Positions 39,586-50,100 of a stretch of 64,000 nt of DNA are shown here, in pieces. Within the stretch, counting starts at the first letter, position 1. Each line of letters starts with the position of its first letter. The stretch comes from a virus. Lineage: Duplodnaviria > Caudoviricetes. Position numbers and translations under genes: made by a program. The stretch lies in the IMG/VR virus record IMGVR_UViG_3300021399_000113, positions 32,001 through 96,000 of that record; one strand, 5' to 3'. The notes under the pieces were generated by a model. That model was not told the DNA's origin. It saw only the letters and a list, made by a program, of their open reading frames with translations, and did no database searches.

Positions 39586-39923
39586 AAGACAGTTACTGCA
39601 ATCACATTGCAAAGTTATTTAAGGAAATAATACCATTGATGTTCTACGTGTCCAACGTACCGCATTAAACGCAAACAAACTGTCTTGATATTTAATGATT
39701 TTGATTTTTAATTTTAATTAATTTAACGATACATACAGCAACTATTACACAAGCCTTTCACTTTTAATGAAAAACAGCTAAGAAACGTATCGTGTATTAT
39801 TTAACTAACTTTTAATTTAATTTTTAGATTACTTAAAACGACAGCATCAGCAACACAAACATCTTTCCTATTTATAATTTATAATTCCACAAATTACGAA
39901 AAGGGCGAATGAAAAACTGTCGT
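39586..39923 (+). ncRNA. three tandem CHGCAA-motif hairpins (39586-39686, 39726-39793, 39838-39923)
   Basis: AAGACAGTT/AACTGTCTT, ACGATAC/GTATCGT, ACGACAG/CTGTCGT; each 5' arm followed by CTGCAA or CAGCAA; AT-rich spacers. Confidence 0.6.
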
Positions 39924-39936
39924 GTATATTGATTAT

Positions 39937-40010
39937 TGCAGGGTGGCGCAAAAGGTTAGCTCAGTGGACTCATAATCCAAAGGTTGGGGGTTCAAATCCC
40001 TCCCCTGCAA
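39937..40010 (+). tRNA. tRNA-Met(CAT), initiator-like acceptor
   Basis: TGCAGGG/CCCTGCA; TGGA-CTCATAA-TCCA. Confidence 0.85.
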
Positions 40011-40051
40011 CTTGCACGTAACTGTGCTAAACCTTATTTTTATTCAATATA

Positions 40052-40097
40052 AAAGCATCTATCGTTTTAGTGTACTATTGCGGTAGGTGTTTTTTTT
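40052..40097 (+). terminator. intrinsic terminator ending the RNA island
   Basis: GCATCTATCG/CGGTAGGTGT + T run. Confidence 0.6.
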
Positions 40098-40155
40098 CTA
40101 TTGACAAATCCACTAAATTGGTATATAATGTATCTATACGTGGAGGAATGAAAAA

Positions 40156-40473
40156 ATGAGATATAATTTTAAGAGTGATAAGCAAGAGAGACAGGTTTCC
40201 ATTATCTTTGGGGTGTTATTAGCCCTTGCATTTGTTTTCTGCATCTGGTATAATGCCACAGATGATGCAAGAACATTTAATTCCCATGAGTGGGAAACAG
40301 AGTGTATAAGAGTAGGTAGTGGTGATACTTATTGGGGAATCGCCACAGATTATTGCCCTATGGATATGGATAGACGTTACTACATACAGAAGGTTAAGGA
40401 ACTCAATGATACCACCTCTGATTATTTAATCAGTGGTGAGCATATCATGGTTTATGTTTTAAAGGAAGAGTAA
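40156..40473 (+). CDS. membrane-anchored LysM protein (YneA-like)
   Basis: TM helix; VGSGDTYWGIA...I..V.ELN....LISGE. Confidence 0.75.
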   Translation: MRYNFKSDKQERQVSIIFGVLLALAFVFCIWYNATDDARTFNSHEWETECIRVGSGDTYWGIATDYCPMDMDRRYYIQKVKELNDTTSDYLISGEHIMVYVLKEE

Positions 40474-41199
40474 ATGAAAAAGTATTTCGTATTTTCAGAC
40501 GTGCATGGATATTTTGATATATTGGATAAAGCACTTAAAGATAGAGGATTTGACAAGGATAATCCAGACCACATCATAATCTCTTGTGGTGATTTGTTAG
40601 ACAGAGGAAGACAGCCAAGAGAATGTTTAGAGTTTGTAATGGGCATTCCAGAAGATAGACGTATCTTGGTTATGGGAAATCATGATGACCTCTTATGGAC
40701 GCTACTTATGACAAGAAATCCTCATATACACGATATTACGAATGGCACTGTAGATACAGTCATTGATTTCGTAGGAAGAAATGTTAATAACAAAGAAAAG
40801 TATTCACTGCTTGATGCTGACCTTGTTGACATGAAAGAAGACCCTTTGTGGAAGAGTTACTACAATGCGCTTGTGCCTTATGCAGAAGTTGGAGATAGGA
40901 TATTTGTTCATGGATGGTTACCATCCCTTGATTATAAGAATGCTACTTTTAGAGACTGGCGAGATGCTATGTGGCTTAATGGCATGAGAGAGTGGTTTGA
41001 AGATTATCAACTTGCTGACAAAACAATCTTTTGTGGACACTGGCACACATCTTGGGGGCACTATTACATACACAAGATAGGGTCAGAGTGGGACGAAGAT
41101 GCTTGTTTTGATGTATTTGAAGATAAAGGGATAGTTGCTCTCGATGCTTGCACAGCACATTCTCAAAAAATTAACGTTTATACATTTGAAACAGAATAA
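40474..41199 (+). CDS. metallophosphoesterase (protein-phosphatase-like)
   Basis: SDVHG, GDLLDRG, GNHD, FVHG, CGHWH. Confidence 0.85.
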   Translation: MKKYFVFSDVHGYFDILDKALKDRGFDKDNPDHIIISCGDLLDRGRQPRECLEFVMGIPEDRRILVMGNHDDLLWTLLMTRNPHIHDITNGTVDTVIDFVGRNVNNKEKYSLLDADLVDMKEDPLWKSYYNALVPYAEVGDRIFVHGWLPSLDYKNATFRDWRDAMWLNGMREWFEDYQLADKTIFCGHWHTSWGHYYIHKIGSEWDEDACFDVFEDKGIVALDACTAHSQKINVYTFETE

Positions 41200-41214
41200 A
41201 CTGTTGGAGGTACT

Positions 41215-42519
41215 ATGGATTTACTATTAAAGATTGCAAACAGAATACAAGAATGTGGTGGAGAAATTTTCTATGTTGGTGGATATGTCAGAGACAAGAT
41301 TATCGGAAAGCCCAATAAGGACATTGATGTAGAAATCTACAATATCACACCAGATGACCTTAAATCCATCTTGGCTGAATTCGGTGAGGTGCAGACTATT
41401 GGTAAATCCTTTGGTATCTACAACATTAAAGGGTTGGATATTGATTTTGCTCTTCCTCGTACAGAAACAGCTACTGGTAGAGGGCATAAGGATTTTGAAG
41501 TATTTGTTGACCCATTCATCGACAAGAAGACCGCTTGCTCAAGAAGAGATTTTACCATGAATGCTCTGATGGAGAATGTAAATACTGGTGAAGTTTTAGA
41601 TTTCTTTGGTGGCAGAGAAGATATTAATAATAAAATAATTAGGCACGTTTCTGATGAAACTTTCAGTGAAGACCCCTTAAGAGTATTAAGGGCTTGTCAG
41701 TTTTCATCAAGATTCGGATTTGAAATTGCTGAAGAAACAAAGGAACTTGCACGTAAAGCTGACCTTACAGCACTTCCTTCTGAGCGTATCTTTGAGGAAA
41801 TTAAAAAGGCGCTTACTAAATCAAAAAAGCCCTCAATCTTTTTTAATGCGCTAAAGGAAATGGGGTATGAATATTTATTCCCAGAGTTATACAGACTTGA
41901 CAGAATTGAACAGTCTGCTGATTATCATCCAGAGGGAAATGTATATGTACATACAATGTGTGTACTTGATAGCCTTGCAGAACTTGGTTATCATGATTTA
42001 AAACTTATGTTATCAGCCCTCTGTCATGATATGGGCAAGTATGAGGCACATACATTTGATGGAAAGAAGCATCACTTCTACAACCATGAGAGCGTTGGGT
42101 TGCCTATTGCAGAAGCATTTCTTTCAAGACTTACCAATGAGACAGAAATTCATAAATATGTGCTTGATATGGTTAAGAACCACATGAGGATTCATCAATC
42201 ATTAAAATCTAAAAAGCCAAAGGTGTGGAATAGAATTTTTGATGAATCTATTGCTCCCTCAATGCTTATTGAGTTATCTTTTGCTGATACGCTTAACAAA
42301 GATAAGTATGAGCACCTTAAGGCAATCGAGTGGTATACAAAATACAGTAACCACTGTCAGGATGATAAACAGTTACAGGGTAAAGATTTGGTAGCGTTAG
42401 GATATAAGCCCAGCCCAAGATTTACCGATATTTTGAACTTTGCTCATGGTTTATGGTTGAGCATGACACCTTATGACCAGATAGTTAAAGCAGTTACAAA
42501 GGAATTTCCTATTGACTAA
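41215..42519 (+). CDS. cca: CCA-adding tRNA nucleotidyltransferase with HD domain
   Basis: VGGYVRD, DIDVE, RRDFTMNA, EDPLRVLR, ERI..E, YHPEG, HDMGK. Confidence 0.92.
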   Translation: MDLLLKIANRIQECGGEIFYVGGYVRDKIIGKPNKDIDVEIYNITPDDLKSILAEFGEVQTIGKSFGIYNIKGLDIDFALPRTETATGRGHKDFEVFVDPFIDKKTACSRRDFTMNALMENVNTGEVLDFFGGREDINNKIIRHVSDETFSEDPLRVLRACQFSSRFGFEIAEETKELARKADLTALPSERIFEEIKKALTKSKKPSIFFNALKEMGYEYLFPELYRLDRIEQSADYHPEGNVYVHTMCVLDSLAELGYHDLKLMLSALCHDMGKYEAHTFDGKKHHFYNHESVGLPIAEAFLSRLTNETEIHKYVLDMVKNHMRIHQSLKSKKPKVWNRIFDESIAPSMLIELSFADTLNKDKYEHLKAIEWYTKYSNHCQDDKQLQGKDLVALGYKPSPRFTDILNFAHGLWLSMTPYDQIVKAVTKEFPID

Positions 42520-42560
42520 TTTAACTATTTATGTTATCATAAGATATGTGGAGGAATATT

Positions 42561-43544
42561 ATGTTAGATATTAACTTTTTGAATGAAAAAGAATACGACT
42601 TTCTCCGAACAGATAAACGTTTAGGTGATAACGTACATATTTTAGCATTTGGTGGTTCTCATGCTTATGGTACAAATGTGCCCACCAGTGATATTGATGT
42701 GCGTGGAATAGCCTCAAATTCTATTGATGATGTTATTCTCAATAAAGGATTTGAAGAGATTACTGATAACACAACAGATACTGTTATTTATTCTGTTGAG
42801 AAGATGTTTAGACTTCTTGCACAGTGTAACCCTAATACCATTGAAATCGTTGGTGTAAAGGACTACCTTAAAGTTGATGAAATCGGAAAGATGATTCTTG
42901 ATAACAAGAGTATCTTCCTTTCCAATGCTTGCACAAGAACATTTGGTGGATATGCTACACAGCAGTTATATCGTTTAAGACAGAAAACACTCAATGCGCT
43001 TGAAGAAGATGAACTTGAGCGTCATATCGCTAAGGTTTTAAATGAGATGGATAAATACATCAAAGAGAACTTTGGCATCTCGGATTATAGGGTTTACTAT
43101 GACACAGAGCTTAAAATTGATATGCCAGCCGTTAAAGGATTTCCAATGGAAAAACTTTATGATTATCTTAATACTCTCAACTGTGTGGTTAGGGATTATC
43201 ATAAGCGCTCTGTCAGAAATGAAAAGGCTATTGCCCATAACAAGATTAACAAACATGCTATGCATCTTCTCAGACTGTTTATGATGGAAGAAGATTTACT
43301 GCTTAGGGGTGAGGTAATCACCTATCGAGAGAAAGAGCATGACTTGCTTATGGCAATTAGAAATGGAGAGTTTTACGATACTGAAAGTGGACAGATGACA
43401 GCAGAATTCTTCAAATTGTTAGAGGATTATGAGAAGAGAGTTGAATATGCAAAAGAGCACTCAATTCTCCCTAACAAGCCTAACATGAAAGCCATTGATA
43501 AGTTACAGTTGGATATTTTCAATAAAAGGTTGGAGATGAGATGA
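42561..43544 (+). CDS. RlaP/YcgL-like nucleotidyltransferase
   Basis: GGSHAYGT..PTSDIDVRG, NPN.IE, KHAMHLLRL, L..IRNG. Confidence 0.8.
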   Translation: MLDINFLNEKEYDFLRTDKRLGDNVHILAFGGSHAYGTNVPTSDIDVRGIASNSIDDVILNKGFEEITDNTTDTVIYSVEKMFRLLAQCNPNTIEIVGVKDYLKVDEIGKMILDNKSIFLSNACTRTFGGYATQQLYRLRQKTLNALEEDELERHIAKVLNEMDKYIKENFGISDYRVYYDTELKIDMPAVKGFPMEKLYDYLNTLNCVVRDYHKRSVRNEKAIAHNKINKHAMHLLRLFMMEEDLLLRGEVITYREKEHDLLMAIRNGEFYDTESGQMTAEFFKLLEDYEKRVEYAKEHSILPNKPNMKAIDKLQLDIFNKRLEMR

Positions 43545-44869
43545 TAACAGAGATAACACCTATCAGCTTATTCTTTAATGTATTAGACCATATAGTTGGT
43601 ACAAACAATAAAAAGAATTACATACAGCAGTATGCTACCGAAGATATAAAATACGTTATGCAGTGGCTATACGATACCAGTATAGTCACTGGCATTTCTG
43701 ACAGTAAGTATGACAAAGAGGTTGAAGAGGTTCAGCCTTATAAGACCTTAAAAGAATTGTTCTTATACCTTAGCAAGAGGCATACTGGGAGTGATTATGA
43801 TATATCTGTGGTTAAATCCACAGCAAAGCAACTGTGTAAATGTGAGACTGATTTCAAATTCTTTAAATCATTATTAACTAAAAATGTAAAGGTTGGAATT
43901 GACAGTAAGTTAATAAATTCGGTATTTCCGAATTTAATTCCGACCTTTGATGTGATGTTGGCTGATAAATACCTTGATTTAGATGATAAGCAATTAAATA
44001 AAGTATCTAATAATGGCACAAGGGAATTTGTACTACAAGAAAAGTTGGATGGATTTAGGTGCATTGCTATTAAAGAGGGTGAAAGCGTTAGACTTATTTC
44101 CAGACAAGGTAAGTTGTATGAGAATTTAGTTGATGTAGAATCTGCTATTATCAAGACATTTAAGGGATATGACTGTGTACTTGATGGAGAACTTCTAATA
44201 TCTAACAGAGAGAATATTCCAAGCAAAGAACAGTACAAAGCCACGTCAAAGTTGGTAACCCTTAAAGATGTGGAAATTAAAGGAATTACATATAACGTAT
44301 TTGATTTATTACCAATTACTGATTGGCAGAATAAAGTTGGTAATAAACCTTACGATGATAGATACAGCACGTTATGTTCTTATATGGCTAAAAACACCAG
44401 CAATGCCATTAAAATCGTCCCTTGCTTATATCGTGGTAACAATCTCGATGAAGTATTAACAAGGCTTAAAATAGCCAAAGAAATGAACTGGGAAGGGTTA
44501 ATGCTGAGGTGGGTAGACTCCCTTTATGAATTTAAACGTAGCAAAGAATTACTAAAAGTTAAGCCCTTTAATGAAATGGATTTAATCATTACTGGGTATG
44601 AAGAAGGAACTAATAAAAACAAAGGAAAACTTGGTGCATTTATATGTGAGGTAGAACACCCTAAATTTGGTCATATTGAAGCCAAAGTAGGTGGTGGATA
44701 TTCTGATGAAGAAAGAGAGAGATTCGCAGAAATCCGTAATGATTTAATTGGAAGAACTATTGAAGTGCAATACTTTGAGGTTACTGAAAATACTACAACA
44801 CATATTAAGTCATTAAGATTTCCTGTATATAAATGTATAAAAGACATAGGAGTTGTACCAAACAACTAA
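43541..44869 (+). CDS. ATP-dependent DNA ligase
   Basis: MLA, EKLDGFR, LDGEL, VFD, EGLM, LLKVK, VGGG, SLRFP. Confidence 0.93.
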   Translation: MITEITPISLFFNVLDHIVGTNNKKNYIQQYATEDIKYVMQWLYDTSIVTGISDSKYDKEVEEVQPYKTLKELFLYLSKRHTGSDYDISVVKSTAKQLCKCETDFKFFKSLLTKNVKVGIDSKLINSVFPNLIPTFDVMLADKYLDLDDKQLNKVSNNGTREFVLQEKLDGFRCIAIKEGESVRLISRQGKLYENLVDVESAIIKTFKGYDCVLDGELLISNRENIPSKEQYKATSKLVTLKDVEIKGITYNVFDLLPITDWQNKVGNKPYDDRYSTLCSYMAKNTSNAIKIVPCLYRGNNLDEVLTRLKIAKEMNWEGLMLRWVDSLYEFKRSKELLKVKPFNEMDLIITGYEEGTNKNKGKLGAFICEVEHPKFGHIEAKVGGGYSDEERERFAEIRNDLIGRTIEVQYFEVTENTTTHIKSLRFPVYKCIKDIGVVPNN

Positions 44870-44879
44870 GGAGCATAAA

Positions 44880-45413
44880 ATGATTTGGATTACGAGTGAT
44901 TTACATCTCTGTCATGACAGAGATTTTATTTATGGAAAGCGTGGTTACAAGAACGTTCAAGAGATGAACCACGATATTGTGAAAAAGTGGGACGCAAAAG
45001 TAAAGGCTGAGGATACTGTCTATGTGCTTGGTGATGTAATGCTGAATGATGATAATACTGGACTTGGTATATTATCATCATTAAAGGGTAAAATACATAT
45101 CATCATAGGTAACCATGATACAGATAACAGAATAACAATGTATAAGCGTTGTTATAATGTAGAAGATGTAGTGTATGCAGACAGAATTAACTACAATGGC
45201 TACACCTTCTTCTTAAGCCACTATCCCACATTAACTGACAATCATGATGTGTCAAGACCATTAGAAAAGTGTGTATTAAATCTTTTTGGTCATACACATT
45301 CCACAGATAAGTTCTATGAGGGAAATTCTCATATGTACAATGTAGCATGGGATGCTCATCATGATTTGATTTCATTAGACACAATTATCGAAGACATTAA
45401 AAATGCGAGGTAA
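44880..45413 (+). CDS. calcineurin-like phosphoesterase
   Basis: SDLHLCH, LGD, GNHD, SHYP, FGHTH. Confidence 0.85.
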   Translation: MIWITSDLHLCHDRDFIYGKRGYKNVQEMNHDIVKKWDAKVKAEDTVYVLGDVMLNDDNTGLGILSSLKGKIHIIIGNHDTDNRITMYKRCYNVEDVVYADRINYNGYTFFLSHYPTLTDNHDVSRPLEKCVLNLFGHTHSTDKFYEGNSHMYNVAWDAHHDLISLDTIIEDIKNAR

Positions 45414-45418
45414 CAATT

Positions 45419-46636
45419 TTGGAACTGTACAAGCAAGGTGAACATTATACTTTATATAATGGCAGTATGTTGGAACTTAATAATGTAATAGCGGATAACA
45501 GCATTGATAGTATTGTCTGTGACCCACCTTATGAATTAGGGTTTATGGGAAAATCTTGGGACAGTTCTGGAATTGCCTTTAATCCAGATACTTGGAAAAT
45601 TTGCTATAATGCTCTGAAAAGCGGTGGGTACTTATTAGCATTTGGTGGAAGTAGAACATATCATAGGATTGCTTGCGCCATTGAGGATGCTGGATTTGAA
45701 ATAAGAGACACTATTATGTGGATTTATGGTTCAGGGTTTCCAAAATCTATGAATATAGGGCTTGCTATTGATAAAAAGAATGGTGTAGAAAGTAAGATTA
45801 AAGCACAGAATGAATGGGATGGCTGGGGGACAACGTTAAAACCAGCATTTGAACCTATAATAGTAGCAAGAAAGCCGTGTGAGGGCAGTACCACAGATAA
45901 TGTTCTAAAATATGGTGTGGGTGGTATCAATATTGATGAGTGCAGAATCCCAACAACGGACTATTTATATAATCATGGTAATTCTAAAGGCACTATTAAC
46001 AGTTTTTCTGTCGGTAATTTCAAGAAGGCAATTAAAGGAGAAAATGCAAGCACTGAACTTGGTAGATTTCCCGCTAACTTAATCCTCACATATGATGAGT
46101 CTGATTATGATGAAGTGTGTGGTGGATTTCCTGTTGGTGGTAACGCTGTGTATGATAAGTATAATGGGGTTAAACCTTTTGAGGCTTATGATGACGAAGG
46201 CTCTGCATCTCGATATTTCTACTGTGCTAAAGCAAGCAAGCGAGATAGAGATGAAGGGCTGGATAGCTTTCCAACACAAACAAAAGTCTTCAATGGAAAG
46301 TCTGATATGAGTTCAAAAGATATAAAGGACGTTGAGAAGCGGTTCACGACAGAGGGCAAGAACGTACATCCCACAGTCAAGCCAACTGACCTTATGGAGT
46401 ACCTTGTGAGATTAGTGACACCTAAAGGTGGAACTGTTCTTGACCCGTTTAATGGGAGTGGTAGCACTGGCAAAGCCGTATTATATGAAAACCTTGACAG
46501 AGATAAAGATTATAAATATATTGGTATTGAGTTAGAGAGAGAGTACTGTGGAATCAGTGTGGCAAGGCTTGATTATGTCGAACAGCTATTAAAACAGCCC
46601 AAGCAACTTTCTCTCTTTGATACATTGACAACTTAA
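45419..46636 (+). CDS. N6-A/N4-C DNA methyltransferase (beta class)
   Basis: DPPY, GSGFPK, HPTVKP, DPFNGSGST. Confidence 0.9.
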   Translation: MELYKQGEHYTLYNGSMLELNNVIADNSIDSIVCDPPYELGFMGKSWDSSGIAFNPDTWKICYNALKSGGYLLAFGGSRTYHRIACAIEDAGFEIRDTIMWIYGSGFPKSMNIGLAIDKKNGVESKIKAQNEWDGWGTTLKPAFEPIIVARKPCEGSTTDNVLKYGVGGINIDECRIPTTDYLYNHGNSKGTINSFSVGNFKKAIKGENASTELGRFPANLILTYDESDYDEVCGGFPVGGNAVYDKYNGVKPFEAYDDEGSASRYFYCAKASKRDRDEGLDSFPTQTKVFNGKSDMSSKDIKDVEKRFTTEGKNVHPTVKPTDLMEYLVRLVTPKGGTVLDPFNGSGSTGKAVLYENLDRDKDYKYIGIELEREYCGISVARLDYVEQLLKQPKQLSLFDTLTT

Positions 46637-47126
46637 TCATTGTATGATATAATATATTCATAATCAAGATAACGAGGTGAATGAACAATGAGAGATGCTA
46701 TGATGCATGAGTATGGTGTTAGAAAGCCTTACATTGAGAACTTAAATCTTTTCAAAACAGTCTTGCACAATAAGATTGCCAATAGTTTTTTAAAGGATTA
46801 TGTAGATATAAAGATTACCGATAAGGGAAATGTAATTGTAAATTTCAAACCTTTTACTATTGACCTATCAAAAGATGACTACTACGACAGCAGAAAACAG
46901 CAGATAAATGCTTGCAAGCTGGTATATGTCCTTAATGATATTGACTTTGAATGGCTGTTTGAAAATGCCATTCCGCAAGAAGATGAATTAAGAGATGATG
47001 AAATCAGTCAATTGTATGAGGAATTTGATGACTATCTTGACGAGGCATACAAGGTTGAGTTTGGTTATCAGAATAGTGTGGCTGACCAGATAATTAAAAA
47101 TTTCTATATATACTATGGGGATGAAT

Positions 47127-47156
47127 AAAAGAGAACTTAGGTTCTCTTTTTTTTTT
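47127..47156 (+). terminator. intrinsic terminator
   Basis: AAAAGAGAAC/GTTCTCTTTT + T run. Confidence 0.75.
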
Positions 47157-50100
47157 GCTATTGACAAATTTATTGTTATGTGCTATTATATTATCACAAA
47201 GAAAATTTATTGGAGGTAAATATTATGAACTCAACAGAAATTGACCAGCGAATTAGTGAGATTGAAAATTCTTTGAAAAGCCTTAATGGGCAAATAGAGA
47301 AATTGAAGAAAATCAAGGAAGAATTGAAGATGGAACAGGAACGTCTTGATGGTAAACCCTCGATGGGTGAGTTTTACTATTCTATTGATGAAACTGGTTG
47401 TATCAGTGAAAATGTCTGGGGATGTAATCATTGGAATGACAATGATAGATTTAATATAGGAAATGCATTTAAGACATTTGAAGACGCTGAATTTGAGCTT
47501 GAGCGTAGAAAGGTTTATGCACAACTCCGCAGACTGTCTGACACATCTATGGAGAAAGTTGGTAGCAGAAAGAGTCCAGATATTGAAAAGTATACGATTA
47601 TTGCTAATTTAGGCTATACTGGGGGTATAAAGGGCAAAATATACACTTACTTTAATAATACGGATATTGATACAGACATATTTTTTAGCACAGATGCAGA
47701 CGCTGAGAGCGCCATTAAAACAATAGGGGAAGATAGACTTCTGAAATATTATTTTAGATTTTAGGAGGTAAGTAAAATGGAGATTATCGACAACTCAAAT
47801 TACAAACAGTTGGGTGAACTTGAAACTGGAAGTCTCTTTGAAATTGATGGAGCAATTTATCTTTTAACCGATAATTATGAAGATAAATTTGGTGGTGGAG
47901 ATAAGTGGGAATGCATCTCCCTTTCTCATACCTGTGGTTCATCCTACTACTTTGACGATAAGACACTTGTTGTTCCTCGTACTGGTAAACTTATTCTTGT
48001 GTGAGGTGGATAATGGAAGAATTATTAAAAGAGGCTGATAACCTTTTGGAAATGTTTTGTGATGGATTTTCTGATATGCCTTGTGGGTGTGAGGGATGCC
48101 CAATGTTTACAGGAGAAGAAGAAGAGGGGGTGTGACCTTGCAACATTTCGTAAACAGCTTAAAGAGAAAGAGGTAAAAGGAGCATAACAAATGAGCAATA
48201 TTATAATTATGATAATTATTTTAATGATTATTAGAGTGAGTGTGATAATCATTCTTGATGCCGATGGAGACCACATTGCCGATGGAGACCACATTAGTGA
48301 ATTTACTAAAGGATATAACAACGGATATAAGAAAGGCAAATACGATGGATATATTGATGGGAAAGACATGGTTCTCCAGCTTATCGACCTTGGGCTGGAC
48401 AAAAGAAAAGCGATTTTCAACACTGACAGCGTACAGGAAATTCTGAAGACTTTTGATGTGTTTACTATTAGAAATATGCTTGAAGCTAATAAAGAGTTAA
48501 GAGTTGGAGATATAGTAACGTTCACAAGTAGTAACACACTGTCTGGAAACGCGGTCACCAATAGTGGGGTAATTACAGCTATTGATGAAGGTGCTCACTA
48601 TATAACAACAAAGACTGGATATATTTATGTCGTTTATGCAAGCAAAATACTACGTGTAACGGGTCACTTAACGCAAACTGAGGAATTTTTACGTGCGTTA
48701 GATTCTGCTATTACACATAAGGAGGATGAAAAATGAGTATTGCTAAAGTAAATTTTCCACCATCTGAGGTTACATCAAAAGAGACACAGATATGGAATGA
48801 TGGATATTCTGCTGGGTATTCAGATTGTGAAAATGATGGCAAAGGGGTCATACTTGACCTCCTACATCTTGGAGCAGTAGGAAGGCAGAAAATGTTTCAT
48901 ACTGCTTCTATAATATCAATTCTGCATGACCTAACATTTGCTGAGATTTCAGAGGCAATTAAAAAGCGGGAAACCCCACCAGAAGTTGGAGATGTGGTGT
49001 GTCTTGTAGAGCATTATACAGCATTAAATGAAGACAAAGCAGTGCGTGGTGTAGTTGTTGGAATCGAAGGAAACCATGAAATCTATTACATTGTAGGTAA
49101 TAATGGTAAAACTTACACACGAAATGTTGAAGATATAGCTCGCCTTAAGTGTTCCTTAAAATCGACAGTAGATGGATTTCTTTTTACTGTTGAACAAAAC
49201 ACAAGAAAAGAAGACATTTAGTTAGATAGAATATATATTGACAATTATTATTTTTCATGCTATACTATCATCATCGGAGGTAGATAGCATGAAAAATCTT
49301 AAGAAGATAAGCAAGGTGAAAGCCAGAACACTTTTCAATAATGGGCAGTCTGTGTACATCAAAGCAAGCAAGTTATGGCTTGACTGTGCTGTTGAGATTT
49401 CACCAGATGTGAAAACCATTTTGATTCAGCAGTAAACGCTTACGTCTATTATAACTGTAACTCAGAGTGTGGTAAGACTGTTGAATATTATGAGGTGGCT
49501 TAAATGACAAAAGCACAGATTGAAAAGAAGTATGGTGTTCATATTGTGTGGAATCTCTGGAATGAAGAGTACGTGATTTATAGTGCTGATGGCTGTCGCT
49601 GGGATTGCGGATTCCGTACAATCAAGGAATGCGAAAAAGAATGCAAAGAATGGAAAGATGCACTCATAGCTATTAAAAATAAAGAAATTTCAAGAAAGAG
49701 GTAATGAATATGAAAAATACAAAAACAATTAAGACACTTTTTACAGCAATGATTATCGTTCCTATTGTAATTCTTCTTCTCACTTCTTTACTCTGTTCAG
49801 CCCCTATCTCACCTTGCCTTTGGATAATGGGTCAGATTGCAATTGGGGCTATCTGTATGGGTGCGTATAAGACAATAGACAGCTTTGCAGTTAATTCTGT
49901 CATTACAATCCTTGCTGTACTGCTTTATGTCTACCTTCCTCCCATCTCTATCTTTTTCACAATATATTGGGTGCTTGATTTTATCCCCTTTGTATTGGGT
50001 GCTTATGTAGGCAACAAGATATTGACAATTAAGTAATTTGGTGCTATAATGTTTTCAGTGAGAACAATTCGGAGGTATGATTATGAAAAAGTATCTTGTT

